A stretch of 64,000 bases of DNA from Lingula anatina (lineage: Eukaryota > Animalia > Brachiopoda): the NCBI GenBank assembly GCA_051362555.1, contig CM120640.1:1302001-1366000 (forward strand), written 5' to 3'. This document shows positions 51,801 to 60,951 of this stretch, piece by piece. How positions within the stretch are numbered: the first letter of the stretch is position 1; the number at the start of each line of letters is the position of its first letter. Below the pieces are notes generated by a model. The model saw only the letters and a program-made list of their open reading frames with translations. It did no database searches and was not told where the DNA came from. A program made the translations under genes and the position numbers.

Positions 51801-54800
51801 GTAAAAGTGAAAACAAAAGTGCCCAGTGTCCCCGCCCCAGTTTCGGGACCTGAAGATGAACACCAGAACGAAGCAGTCGAAGCTTTAGTAGATAGAAAAC
51901 GTTTTTTCAAACGCAGTAGCTCTTCGGTCATTTTAGTCTCCTCTGGCCGAAATGTTCGAGTAGGAAGTTACACGAAAGAATCGACCATTGAGAAGCAAAC
52001 CTCAACGGACCCCAACGCCCAATCCCGCGGAGCGAAAGAAAAAATCGCACAAAACGCTACGAAGGAGTTCGCAAGAGCAAAATGGAACATGCTTCGTAAA
52101 AATGTTAAAAATGTCGACGTCGATGCTATTCTAAAGCAAAACACGACCGACGGTCGTAAGAACGGCCCGCAAACTGACCACGAAGCAGACGACAACAACA
52201 ACAGCCCACATCGTGCCTCACAATGGCGGCGTAACTTGCAGGCAGAGGCCCCCACCATGGGTGGCGGACACGATATCCGAAAGGAAATTAGAAAAGCAAC
52301 AGTCATGTCGAAATCCCAGAGGGCTAAAATGATGCAGGACATGATCAACCAGAACCTCATGAGTAAAGTGAAATCATTTGTATCGGAGGAGGAGAAAAAT
52401 AAATTACAGGACCGAGTGAATCGTTTTAATATGATGATGGGGCTCGCCACAACCGAAGATGGCGAGGAAAAGAAAAACAGCAACACAGACAACAATGAAG
52501 ATGAGACATGATTTATCCTTTAAAGTGGCGCCATAAAAATATAGATTAATTAATTTGCGCTGGTAACCGTCCAATATATCCCCCTCACACCGGTTGAAGG
52601 CTGTAGTACCTGTACCCGCTGTTACACTACGAAGTCTAAGGATGCCATTATTTGCAATATTAAAGATTAATTCATCTTTTGAGGTTAGCAGAATTGCTCG
52701 TCAAGTAACATTCTAAGACCACAAAGAAGCCCGTCTTGAAATTCTCTAGGGTCTAATCACTCACTGCTAAATGTAAAACTGTAATTAGTAACTGTGATAA
52801 AAACCTTCAATTTGTTCAAATTGGCAAAAAACTAACATTTTGCTGATGGTATTCATCCCGAGGGACCTCAACTAACCACTTCAAACGTCTTTAAGGTGAC
52901 GTATCCTCAGAATTACTTGTTGAAAACCGTCGTAAAATTCCGTTGAAAGAGCAATTCGATACAACACACAGCTTTTGTTCCTTTTCAAATATTAAATATT
53001 TTCATAGTGATACAATATAACGCTTATCTTATTTATACTGTAGTTATTTCTTTGTTTGTGTGTTTGTTGTTTTGGAAATGGACTAACAATATCCCGTTTG
53101 TTCTGTTTTCTAGTTGACTGCTCGATAGCTTTTGACTTGAATATCTGCGCCAGTAGCGGTGGAAAATGGGGGAAACGCGAGTGCCAGAAGTTTGCGGACG
53201 TCCCTTACAGTTTTTGCCCCATCACGTGCAAGCTTTGTCCAAGTAAGTATTATCCATGGTCGCTCAGTTGTAAATGAAATATTGGAAACTTGGCAAAATA
53301 AATGATCTCATAGAAAAACGATAGCCTAGGTTGGTTTTATGTGATCAGCAGAGCGAGAGCACCAAAGCGCATTATGTAAAACAAGTGTGCTTTTTAGACA
53401 GAAGATATGTGTAATCATTTCAATTATGGGTGGCTACGAGGCAAAACAAAAGATCCACAATGCCTTCAGGGAACAGGCTCTGTGGTTGATAGCACATCGT
53501 GTACAGGAAAAAAAATCTTGAATAACCTTTACATTTATCAGAATTCTTGGGGATAACAAATTATTTTAAGACCAGGCTCTCTCAGCAATGTCTGATCATC
53601 ATTTTAGGTAGACGATCAATAAGATTAAAAGACAAAAGAATATACAGCAAGTAATATATGGTTCAAAATTATTTAACCTACTACTGCTCTTAAACATTAC
53701 CATCTTGACATATTGACTTTAAAAAATGGGAAGATGAAAAGACAGACGATGTTTTATTCTTTGAACAAAGGTTGTGAAGAAGAAAACGCTGCACGAAGTG
53801 GCATCTGCCCCCTCCCCATCCCACCCCCACCCCTCCCCCAATCTCCCATCCCCAAGCCTTTTTTCAGCCAACACCAATTTAACGCAGTGAAAATGAAGCT
53901 TACCTCACTACATTTCTTTACCATTACAGTGTATGGCGACGTGTACTACGGTGACCCTGACGCTACCAACAAAGTAACCGACTACGATTACAGTAATTAC
54001 GATAATTATGACTACAATTACGAAGAGGAGCAGGAGGTCACGAACAGTGCAGAGACCAAGAGAAAAGACGACTATTTTGACAACGAGCTGCCTTTTGATT
54101 ACGATGATTCGTCAGACAACGATTATAAATTATTAGGCCAGGATCATTTTGAACCACAGGAGACTACTACTACTACGACGACGACAACAACTCGCCCTAC
54201 TTCCACAACTACTACGCCGACGACAACAACAACAACAACACCAACGACAACGACAACAACACCAACTACAACTACAACAACACCCAGAACAACAACAACC
54301 ACGACGCGGAAAACCACCACCACAACTGTAGCGCCGAAACTGCCACCTTCAAAAGAGAGGATACTACAGTTTTCTAGGCCAGGTGATTACATATATGGTT
54401 TTGTTTTAAACGGTTAATTTCTTTCTGTTTATTAGTTATGTGATTATTAATTAATTAATTCAAGTGTCACATGGAATACGGTTGCATATTAAAGTAAAAA
54501 TTCAATATTCAGAATGATAAAGTTTTCCATTTCGTCGAATTATATTGTTATTATATGAAAGTCCCCACTTACTCTTCTGTGCATAAGCATAATATATATA
54601 TATATATTTTTCAAATTTCAATTTTAATTCTGGTTTTCATTTCTAGATCTCCCTAGCTGCCTGATAGTGGATCCAGCTATGTGTGGCCAGCCCGGGTATA
54701 GCTTCTGGCCCAAAGACTACTGTGTCTATCCATCCATCAGGTCAACGTGTCCAGCTATGTGCAAAACCTGCGCAGGTAATTACGACGATCACGTCATTAC

Positions 54801-56260
54801 GTCATCTCACTCTGACTACGTCATTTTGTCATCTTATTACGTCATCTCATTACGTCATATCATTTCAATGTCTTAACATCATGACACATGCAGAGCTTTG
54901 TTCTAAAATGGTTGCCGCTTGGTAATAAAGGGAGTTATAGTGAAGTTCAGGAAACACTACCGGAAATAAACTTTTTTATGAAACGTTTACCTAAAGAAAA
55001 ATGAAAAAGAAAACGGCATGGTATAATTGTATGCCCGCTTTAATGGTTTCAATACGGGTGGAGAAGTACGGCCAGCATCACATATATTTTACAATTGAGA
55101 TTTAAAACGAGATTCTCCCAGTAATGATGCTTACACAGTAGTTAAAGTACAAGGTGATAACGACCACTAAAGGATGCCCCTTAATCGAACCGAAAGGAAT
55201 ATAGCTTATAAATCTTCTACGCGTTCACATAAAACTTCTCTTCTTTTGACCGCAGCATACATGTGGGACATTTGATTACTTTCATGAATGAGGCGATCAC
55301 GTTGAATACGAGTTTCCCATCAGAAAATGACACTCGGGGAGTTAGCAACAACATTTCCTCGAAAATGAGTTGTCCTCTTAATCGATTTTCTTTACAAAGT
55401 CATTACCCTTGTAGGAATCCAAATCGTCTAGAGCAGTGATTGCGTTTTTATCTTCTCCGCCCTCGCGTCTGGAGTTCCAAGAAGTCGATTACTTTCCTAT
55501 CGTCCTGTTGCTTGTATTAATCTCAATTAACTGATATATATGAATAGATATATGACTGATGACTTTCCTGTAACGCTTACATATGTGTAAGGATGATCTG
55601 TTTGCTTTGTTGGTAGAATATATGTACTAATATATGTACTAAATATGATTTATTGCAAACACCGTGCTGTAAAAATATCACAAGACTGATAGTCATAACA
55701 TATATTTTGATACAAATCATTCGTTGCATAAAGTCATAACAGCTGACAATATCAAATAATAATGCATGTTTAGTTTACAATGATATTTTGATGGCCGTCA
55801 TTGGTTTATGATGATCAGTGATGAACTGTTAATTAAGTCCTGTATTGTCTGAACTTTTGTAGCCCGCCAGTGCCAGGATTACCACGGTAAACGCTACCAG
55901 GTGGGCGAGTCGTGGGCCAATGTCCATGGGCAGTTCACATGTACATACACCGGCGTCACCGTAGAAAAAGGTAAATAGACACAGACTATCGATTCGATAA
56001 AAAATATTTATTTTATAGTATGGAGGTAAATAAAAAATAAAAACACGGCGATTACCTTAGAAATGTGAATGAAATTAATGAAGACGCTTAGTTGATTTAA
56101 AATTCATTCAGTTCTTTTATTGTTTTTTCTTACTTCAATTCTAGGCTGTTACAACAGAGAAAAACAGCGGTTTATTCCTAAAGGCGGCCAGTACCAAGAC
56201 GACGATGAACTGTGCACGTGTAGCTGGCACTCCTATCTCAGATGTAAGACCATCACTTAA
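35174..56260 (+). CDS. Secreted CAP/SCP (CRISP-like, Tex31/Mr30-type) multidomain protein, 14 coding exons, 610 aa
   Basis: Exons 35174-35309, 39363-39421, 42055-42130, 43145-43251, 45462-45552, 47280-47419, 47910-47998, 48229-48323, 48563-48667, 53114-53242, 53930-54382, 54647-54775, 55863-55970, 56145-56260. All introns are GT-AG with compatible phases; total 1833 nt ending in TAA. All four CAP motifs are present: HNYYR, GQNL, GHYTQMVWAAS, FYVCNYAPSGNL. Confidence 0.9.
36008..36050. repeat. (GA)n microsatellite in CAP intron 1
   Basis: Direct reading. Confidence 0.92.
36984..37024. repeat. Poly(A) tract, ~41 nt
   Basis: Direct reading. Confidence 0.92.
39363..39421 (+). CDS. CAP gene exon 2 (GTDNWVTKNHIGKLPYGKTK)
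   Basis: Long polypyrimidine tract plus TAG|, and AAG|GTAAGA. Converts phase 1 to phase 0, exactly as needed to join exons 1 and 3. Confidence 0.75.
42055..42130 (+). CDS. CAP gene exon 3 (GCEKRFSVVSPKHTMCLNVHVKRKD)
   Basis: C..HTMC motif typical of invertebrate CAP/antigen-5 N-termini. TTTCAG| and G|GTACGT. Confidence 0.85.
43145..43251 (+). CDS. CAP gene exon 4 (HNYYR..PPATDMNKL)
   Basis: HNxxR motif and canonical splice sites. Confidence 0.93.
45334..45479. repeat. Two-copy ~72-bp tandem duplication spanning the exon 5 acceptor
   Basis: CTTGACATATCTAG.TCATTATCTAAT..GATACCAAC.TTATGTTACA.GTA.GG..CGACCAA occurs twice. Confidence 0.9.
45462..45552 (+). CDS. CAP gene exon 5 (VWDDQLSELAQKWASNCHYDH..)
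   Basis: WDxxLxxxAQxWAxxC..H CAP signature. Confidence 0.93.
47280..47419 (+). CDS. CAP gene exon 6 (GQNL..WHDE..GHYTQ)
   Basis: CAP4 and CAP1 motifs. Confidence 0.95.
47910..47998 (+). CDS. CAP gene exon 7 (MVWAASTRIGCGFAQC..YVCNYAP)
   Basis: CAP1/CAP2 motifs. Confidence 0.95.
48229..48323 (+). CDS. CAP gene exon 8 (GNL..PYKAG..C..GLC hinge)
   Basis: CRISP hinge-like PYxxG..GLC. Confidence 0.92.
48563..48667 (+). CDS. CAP gene exon 9, EGF-like (DCGGKVCKNGGELDVSTCQCKC..GECD)
   Basis: CxNGG..CxC pattern, phase 1-1. Confidence 0.92.
48772..48807. repeat. (CAA)n microsatellite
   Basis: Direct reading. Confidence 0.9.
50394..52511 (+). CDS. Uncharacterised 705-aa protein: charged helical N- and C-termini with a long S/P/R/D/E-rich, probably disordered middle; nested in CAP intron 9
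   Basis: 2118-nt uninterrupted ORF in AT-rich DNA, with raised GC and Kozak-like GCCATCATG. In-frame stop just upstream (50379-50381). No RT, transposase or gag motifs recognised. Confidence 0.88.
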   Translation: MPAGIEGTDRLVDAEKRNKFERARLDLRSKLLEKERTAVVKDVNMWMRRVRVEYLAVPRHTGQSSEGIPTEHSSDRQIRQSEYFRFGPRMSNKRLSKWRRDEEKLQTFLRASERIVQENEQIKHKEITVDSILEDIEKKSIQRVEQAQAMSESDENRPILSRVRDRLDVFDGLKDDNKASTAKGNEPNDFSLPEWENDVLKNYKTFVTRKIKLSKKRFQQRSLSASQLLSMSPKSGQNGPLHKSSSVTDVYNLRTASVKSNNGATKAPPPTASRKPILRASKSSPALLPSPRHQHSAPSSPRQAMVTRGATGGSDEDPMIVMGDRRDDTTSYVTESDQDAAVMGPSSYVPASTSQKPPTPPTRGRAPKPRPVTANIARQQAAKSSSQDTDVRPKSAAQLTRKVTFSCDTNFSDTDADDLSDLESATVPAAREMTTVHEEDEEKEEAYKQGVKIDNYVEKWKDATTTKKLVKVKTKVPSVPAPVSGPEDEHQNEAVEALVDRKRFFKRSSSSVILVSSGRNVRVGSYTKESTIEKQTSTDPNAQSRGAKEKIAQNATKEFARAKWNMLRKNVKNVDVDAILKQNTTDGRKNGPQTDHEADDNNNSPHRASQWRRNLQAEAPTMGGGHDIRKEIRKATVMSKSQRAKMMQDMINQNLMSKVKSFVSEEEKNKLQDRVNRFNMMMGLATTEDGEEKKNSNTDNNEDET
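53114..53242 (+). CDS. CAP gene exon 10, ShKT domain 1
   Basis: DC...D..IC......W....C.........FCPITCKLCP (six Cys ending CPxTCxxC), phase 1-1. Confidence 0.92.
53930..54382 (+). CDS. CAP gene exon 11: Asp/Tyr-rich acidic segment plus Thr-rich mucin-like stalk
   Basis: Lies within ORF 53713-54417. Acceptor CATTACAG|, donor CAG|GTGATT, phase 1-1. Thr codons are mixed (ACT/ACG/ACA/ACC). Confidence 0.88.
54647..54775 (+). CDS. CAP gene exon 12, ShKT domain 2
   Basis: SC...DPAMC........WPKDYC.......TCPAMCKTCA, phase 1-1. Confidence 0.92.
55863..55970 (+). CDS. CAP gene exon 13, VWC/FnI-like start (CQDYHGKRYQVGESW)
   Basis: C...GxxYxxGExW motif and canonical splice sites. Confidence 0.85.
56145..56260 (+). 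CDS. CAP gene terminal exon (GCYNREKQRFIPKGGQYQDDDELCTCSWHSYLRCKTIT*)
   Basis: Strong acceptor, in phase, ends in TAA. Confidence 0.85.
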
Positions 56261-56600
56261 TCCCCAGCACGTGCCCCGTGCCTAGTCACCAGTTGTGTTC
56301 TCTGAATGTCACGCATGTCGGAGACTTTAACAAATACGCGTTCAAGAGGCGTATGGTTTACAACAACAGCAAAAAAAAAAAGCTTCACGAACTGAAAACA
56401 AGACATAAGTTGAAAGCTGCAAACGTACACGTAAGATTTGGCACTTGACAATGAGGTCCGTAAAGGACCGGGTTTTCGACATGAAGTGGGCATTCGTCTA
56501 GAAATGTGTGCAGTAAATTAAGACTGATGCCTCCTTATAAGTTAACAAACAGAAGACAACGCTGGTCACCCTAAATCACGTTCAGCGACGCCCGCGCAGA

Positions 56601-56606
56601 AATAAA
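56601..56606 (+). terminator. Candidate poly(A) signal of the CAP gene
   Basis: AATAAA about 340 nt after the stop codon. Confidence 0.4.
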
Positions 56607-59600
56607 ATGGAAAATTGAAAATACGGCACATACGAAGTGCGCCATTGGAAAATAGTGTTTATTTATAATGATCTAGTCAGAATTTCGAGAACAAACTAGT
56701 AGAGAGGTCTCGTCCTGGTCACAGTAAACTACAGGGCATTTAGTTGAACTTGATTTGGGGCAGCGGCGCGTTTACTAGCGTCCACGTTTTAAGTGCAATC
56801 ATTCTGTTGTGATACTCAGCGCAGTCTTCATTTTAATGAACAGAGAATCTCACTTCTTAATTCACGGAGGAATACGAGATTTCTCAGACTGATGAATATC
56901 CAGAGTTCCAATGAAGGCTCGTGCGTGGAATAGACATCAGCATTAAGTTCATACCTCTAGCTGATGTATTGTGCCTGTGCCTAATACATCTCTCAATTCA
57001 TCAAAGGATAAATCCGTTCCGCGCTAGCGTGTCCTTCCTCAGTGACATTACGTGTGCTAAATACTGCTTAACGTAAGGAAACTTACTAGAAATAATCAGA
57101 AATGATATCTCTTGTGGATTCCGACTTGACTGATTGGATTCTTAACAAATAACTAATTCTCGACCAAATTTACATTAGTGTCTCTGCGATATATCGCCGG
57201 CGGATTACTATACTCTGTTATGTTTCAGAAGCTTGTTAACTTTTTCAGAATGTTTTTAAAATCTCCCCATGGGTCTAATCTAAATGTAATGAAATAGTCT
57301 CAATCCCCCTAAGGTGTAAATAATTTGCAAATACACGTACCTTACGAACTTTAAATGTGTACATATTAATTAAGTTATAATGAGACAGAGACGTGAACAT
57401 TGTGTTGTTACTGTGTATTCGTCAGTATGATCAATTATTGGCTGATCGAAACTGTGCACAGTTCACTTCTGGCAGACAAAGTGAATATGACGTTTCTGAG
57501 CTCTGCCGAGATTATATTCTTTTGAAAAGATTTTGTAGATAATAAAGAGGCAGACAACAAATTAGACTTCATAAATCAGCTCTAATAGAAAGGAAAGACA
57601 GACAATTGGGTCATAGTCAATTCAGATCAGAACAGTCTAGTGAACATGAAGGTTTCCTCTCTACTTGGGTTTCATCTTTCCTGAATTGTTTTCCTCATAG
57701 CATCGCTAGACACTGCTCTTGCTCAGAGCCCCCAAAATAACTTCCTAATCATTCTTCCAATAGAAGATTATTTGTTTTAAGTTATACTTTGTGTACATAT
57801 TTTTTTCCGTTTTATTTCTATATTGTGAATATTAGGGTGTACATATTAGATTAGGAGCTGTATTTTTGCCTTTCGTATTGTACGACGTGCAATTTGTTGT
57901 TTACTTTGTGGATATATATAACATTGTATTTTTATTTATTACATTCTGATTGGTTGTATCTGTTTGAAGTCAAATAGGTCCACAATTAAGTGTTTATCAT
58001 TACCAGGGATTGGACCCCACCATACCTGTACAGGTGAATGTTGTTGTCGGAGTATTAACTGTTTTAATGAAAATCTTACTCAAAATCGTAATTGTTGTTC
58101 CGACGTTCTTCGGCATAGAATTAGAAATAAAAGTTTTGGAAATTATACCCATGCTTGTTTGTATTTTTTACCTCTTTCAAACAAATCTGTATGAGAATGC
58201 ATGCGCCCCAAGTACAGGAAGACATAATGGTCTTAATGCTTACCCAGATTAATTGAATTAATTAATTGAATTGATTAGAAATGACATTAAGTGTCAAATC
58301 CAAGTGCTGGGACAACAAGCATTGATTACAGGGATGCTTGTTTTTCTCTCAAGAAATAAAATCTAGATATTGTGTTGAAAAGCGTCTATTCTCTGACTGA
58401 GGACAAGTTCAAGTAAGAGCTGCTGTAAACGCTACTATACTGAAATCGACAATTGTTAAGGAGTTTGCAGTCAGTAGTTTTATGATTTCTGTGATAACTT
58501 ACTAAAAAACCTCCCGCAACTCACAATCACAATCTGCAATGTGTTAGTTGCGACTGACCGATGAGATTTCATGAAAACCCATCAACGTATAATGGAATGG
58601 CCGGTGTTACAAATACATGTTACAGACATGCTACACAAACTCCTGGACAAAGGGCGCAGCAATCATATCATCGTTGACCCATACACAACAACTTTGTGTC
58701 CACTTTCCACTTGCTGTAAGGCGGTTGCTATGGTTACTCTCTCTTTGGTTACTCTCTCTTTGGTTCATTAAGTCGAGGAGGAAGGGGTGCAGTAACACTA
58801 TATATCGCAACTACCACATTTGTACTATATATGTACATTATTATATAGTTAACTAACTTCCGATATTTTGTTTGACGCTGACGAATATAAGACGATGGAG
58901 GGCACGATCCTTTTGTAGATTCAAAAAGATTCAAAAACACGCTTTTAGGAGCGCAGTTTGGTAAATTAAACGTGTTTCAGTTTGCCATCTGCCCTCCCAT
59001 TCTATTTTGTGGTCCACCAAGAAATATCACCATGTATATACTACCTCATTCTGGATCTACATGTATCTCTTTGATTCAGAATAAGAAGAAAAGCCACACC
59101 CCCCTCCTTCTTACACAGATTAACACTCTGACTCCACAACTGTTGGTTTATCTATAGATTAAAGCACAAGGCAGAACTAGAAAAGTTTCCTGATACTGTT
59201 ACCCACCGTAATTTTAAGAAATTACTGGAAAAACAACCTCTATTACTATTGAAAATGCCTCAGTCAGCGGTGGAAATATAGGGGCCTAATAGAATCTAGT
59301 CAGTCGAGGGCACTCAGAATTATGTTTCCTGATTTATCTTATGCTGATGCCCTGTTAAAAACAAACCGTGTCACTTTAGAAAAGCGGTGTATAGAACTAT
59401 GCAAATCTTTCTTTGAGAAAATTAAGAACGAAAAGGACAAATTAAATTTCCTCTTAACCTCCAGATTATATAGGACGCTAAGACGTCACCAATAAAGCTT
59501 CAATCTAAAAATCCAACATCGAACCTTTTCATACTTTTTTTTAAATCTAACGACATGTTTGACTTTTATTTCGAACTCAGTTTGATATTAGTGTGAATCC

Positions 59601-60309
59601 TCTATTTTATGTAAATATTTTGTTATATAATGTTTTCGAACTCTTTCATCGGTACATCTTCAACTTTTTGGTTGCAATGCTTCAAATTAATTTTTTCTTC
59701 TACCTCTGCATCTTTTTCTTCTCGTTATCATTATTATTAAAGGAAAATACGAGAGTGGCTTCAGCCCAGGAATACCCTGAGCGTCCGGCTGCTGTGATCT
59801 TGTGATGTATGCTACTTAAATGCAACAATCAATCACAACTAACACATCGTGTTTACTGTTAAATGTAGAAAGTTGAGTCCGCGTTCCAAGTGTTGATGAC
59901 CTCATTTATCATCATAACACTTCAACGAGGGTTTAATCAGACGGCTTTGATTGCGCGTCCCATAATATTTGCCACTGTAATTACATCTAGCTGTGATTTA
60001 ATACTTAAGCCATGTGATTTTTTAAGTTTAGATATTTTCATTAATGTTGACACTAAATAGGCCTGTTTCTGTTTTTCAAAAAGACACGCACACACGTGCT
60101 CGCGCGTACACCCACACACACACACACACGCACGGACGCAAACACACACATGCACGAACGGCCTACCAAAAGTATATTTGTCTTAAGTAAAAATGAAACT
60201 TTTTCTCACATAGATCAAAGCTCAGTTTATGACCTCGTCCGGACTCATTGAAAGGTCGGCCACGTTTGCATTAGAAGGTTACGTCTCCTCACACCTGCCG
60301 CGAAGTTGT

Positions 60310-60323
60310 GTTGCCATGGCGAG
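60310..60323. promoter_or_regulatory. RFX X-box-like motif upstream of the Ras-family gene
   Basis: GTTGCCATGGCGAG matches GTTGCCATGGCAAC at 12/14 positions, in a CpG-rich patch about 540 nt before the ATG. Confidence 0.5.
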
Positions 60324-60860
60324 CGCGAGGGCCCTCGTGACGGGTTGAAGGAGGCTGCCATTACCCTAATTGAAGCTTGAAAGATGGCAACAACTTGTTC
60401 GTCAGAGCGGCAGAAACTGTAATTAGGGTGCACCAGGTCGTGGAGATCTGGAGAAAAAATCTACTTATAATACCAACGAGTTTAGCCGTCACTTGAAAGA
60501 CCCTCAGAAGATCGGGATTTACTTAAAAGCTTTTGGCTGAAAATATTCTCATTTGAGAAAGAGAAAAACAATTTTGGGGGAATTCAGAAGATTCCTGGTC
60601 GTTCTATCAGTTATTGCTGTGTATCTCGGTGGTATCTCAGTTCTAGGGTTTTACCTCAGCAGTAGTGTGGACTACAATCTCCGGGTGCCAAGCGTGCATG
60701 GCGTTCTCGTGTTTCCGTGATATTCTAATCAAGTTGTGGATAAACAGACTGCTAATATGAAAACAACCACATTAACTTGTGTATTCAGGTTGTCACTGCA
60801 GATACTGTGTTTACTTGTTCAGTGAGGATAGAAAGCGTAATAGTTCGTCATAATCCAAGA

Positions 60861-60951
60861 ATGGCGGGGGGCGAGGAGAACGGGCGTCTCACCTCTGGGG
60901 GACGAGACATGAATATTCTGGTCCTGGGAATGGACGGAGTCGGGAAAACAG
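60861..60951 (+). CDS. First coding exon of a Ras-family small GTPase (RERG/RASL11/RASL12-like); partial
   Basis: MAGGEENGRLTSGGRDMNILVLGMDGVGKT: a beta1 strand followed by the P-loop GxxxxGKT, then donor CAG|GTAATT (phase 1). No convincing next exon within the window. Confidence 0.8.

Noticed and set aside
50384-52495. Several antisense or alternate-frame ORFs (143, 93, 102, 175 aa)
   Set aside because: They are shadows of the 705-aa coding sequence.
50394-52511. 705-aa ORF as a transposon gene
   Set aside because: No RT, integrase/DDE, zinc-knuckle or endonuclease motifs, and no flanking LTR, TIR or poly(A) seen. Not fully excludable without a search.
53167-53180. GKR amidation/cleavage signal in exon 10
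   Set aside because: It lies between disulfide-forming cysteines inside the ShKT fold.
58731-58765. TCTTTGGTTA as miR-9 (similar seed-only matches to miR-124 at ~23630 and let-7 at ~34178)
   Set aside because: Matches stop after 8-10 nt and no pre-miRNA hairpin is evident; here it is part of a 15-bp tandem repeat.
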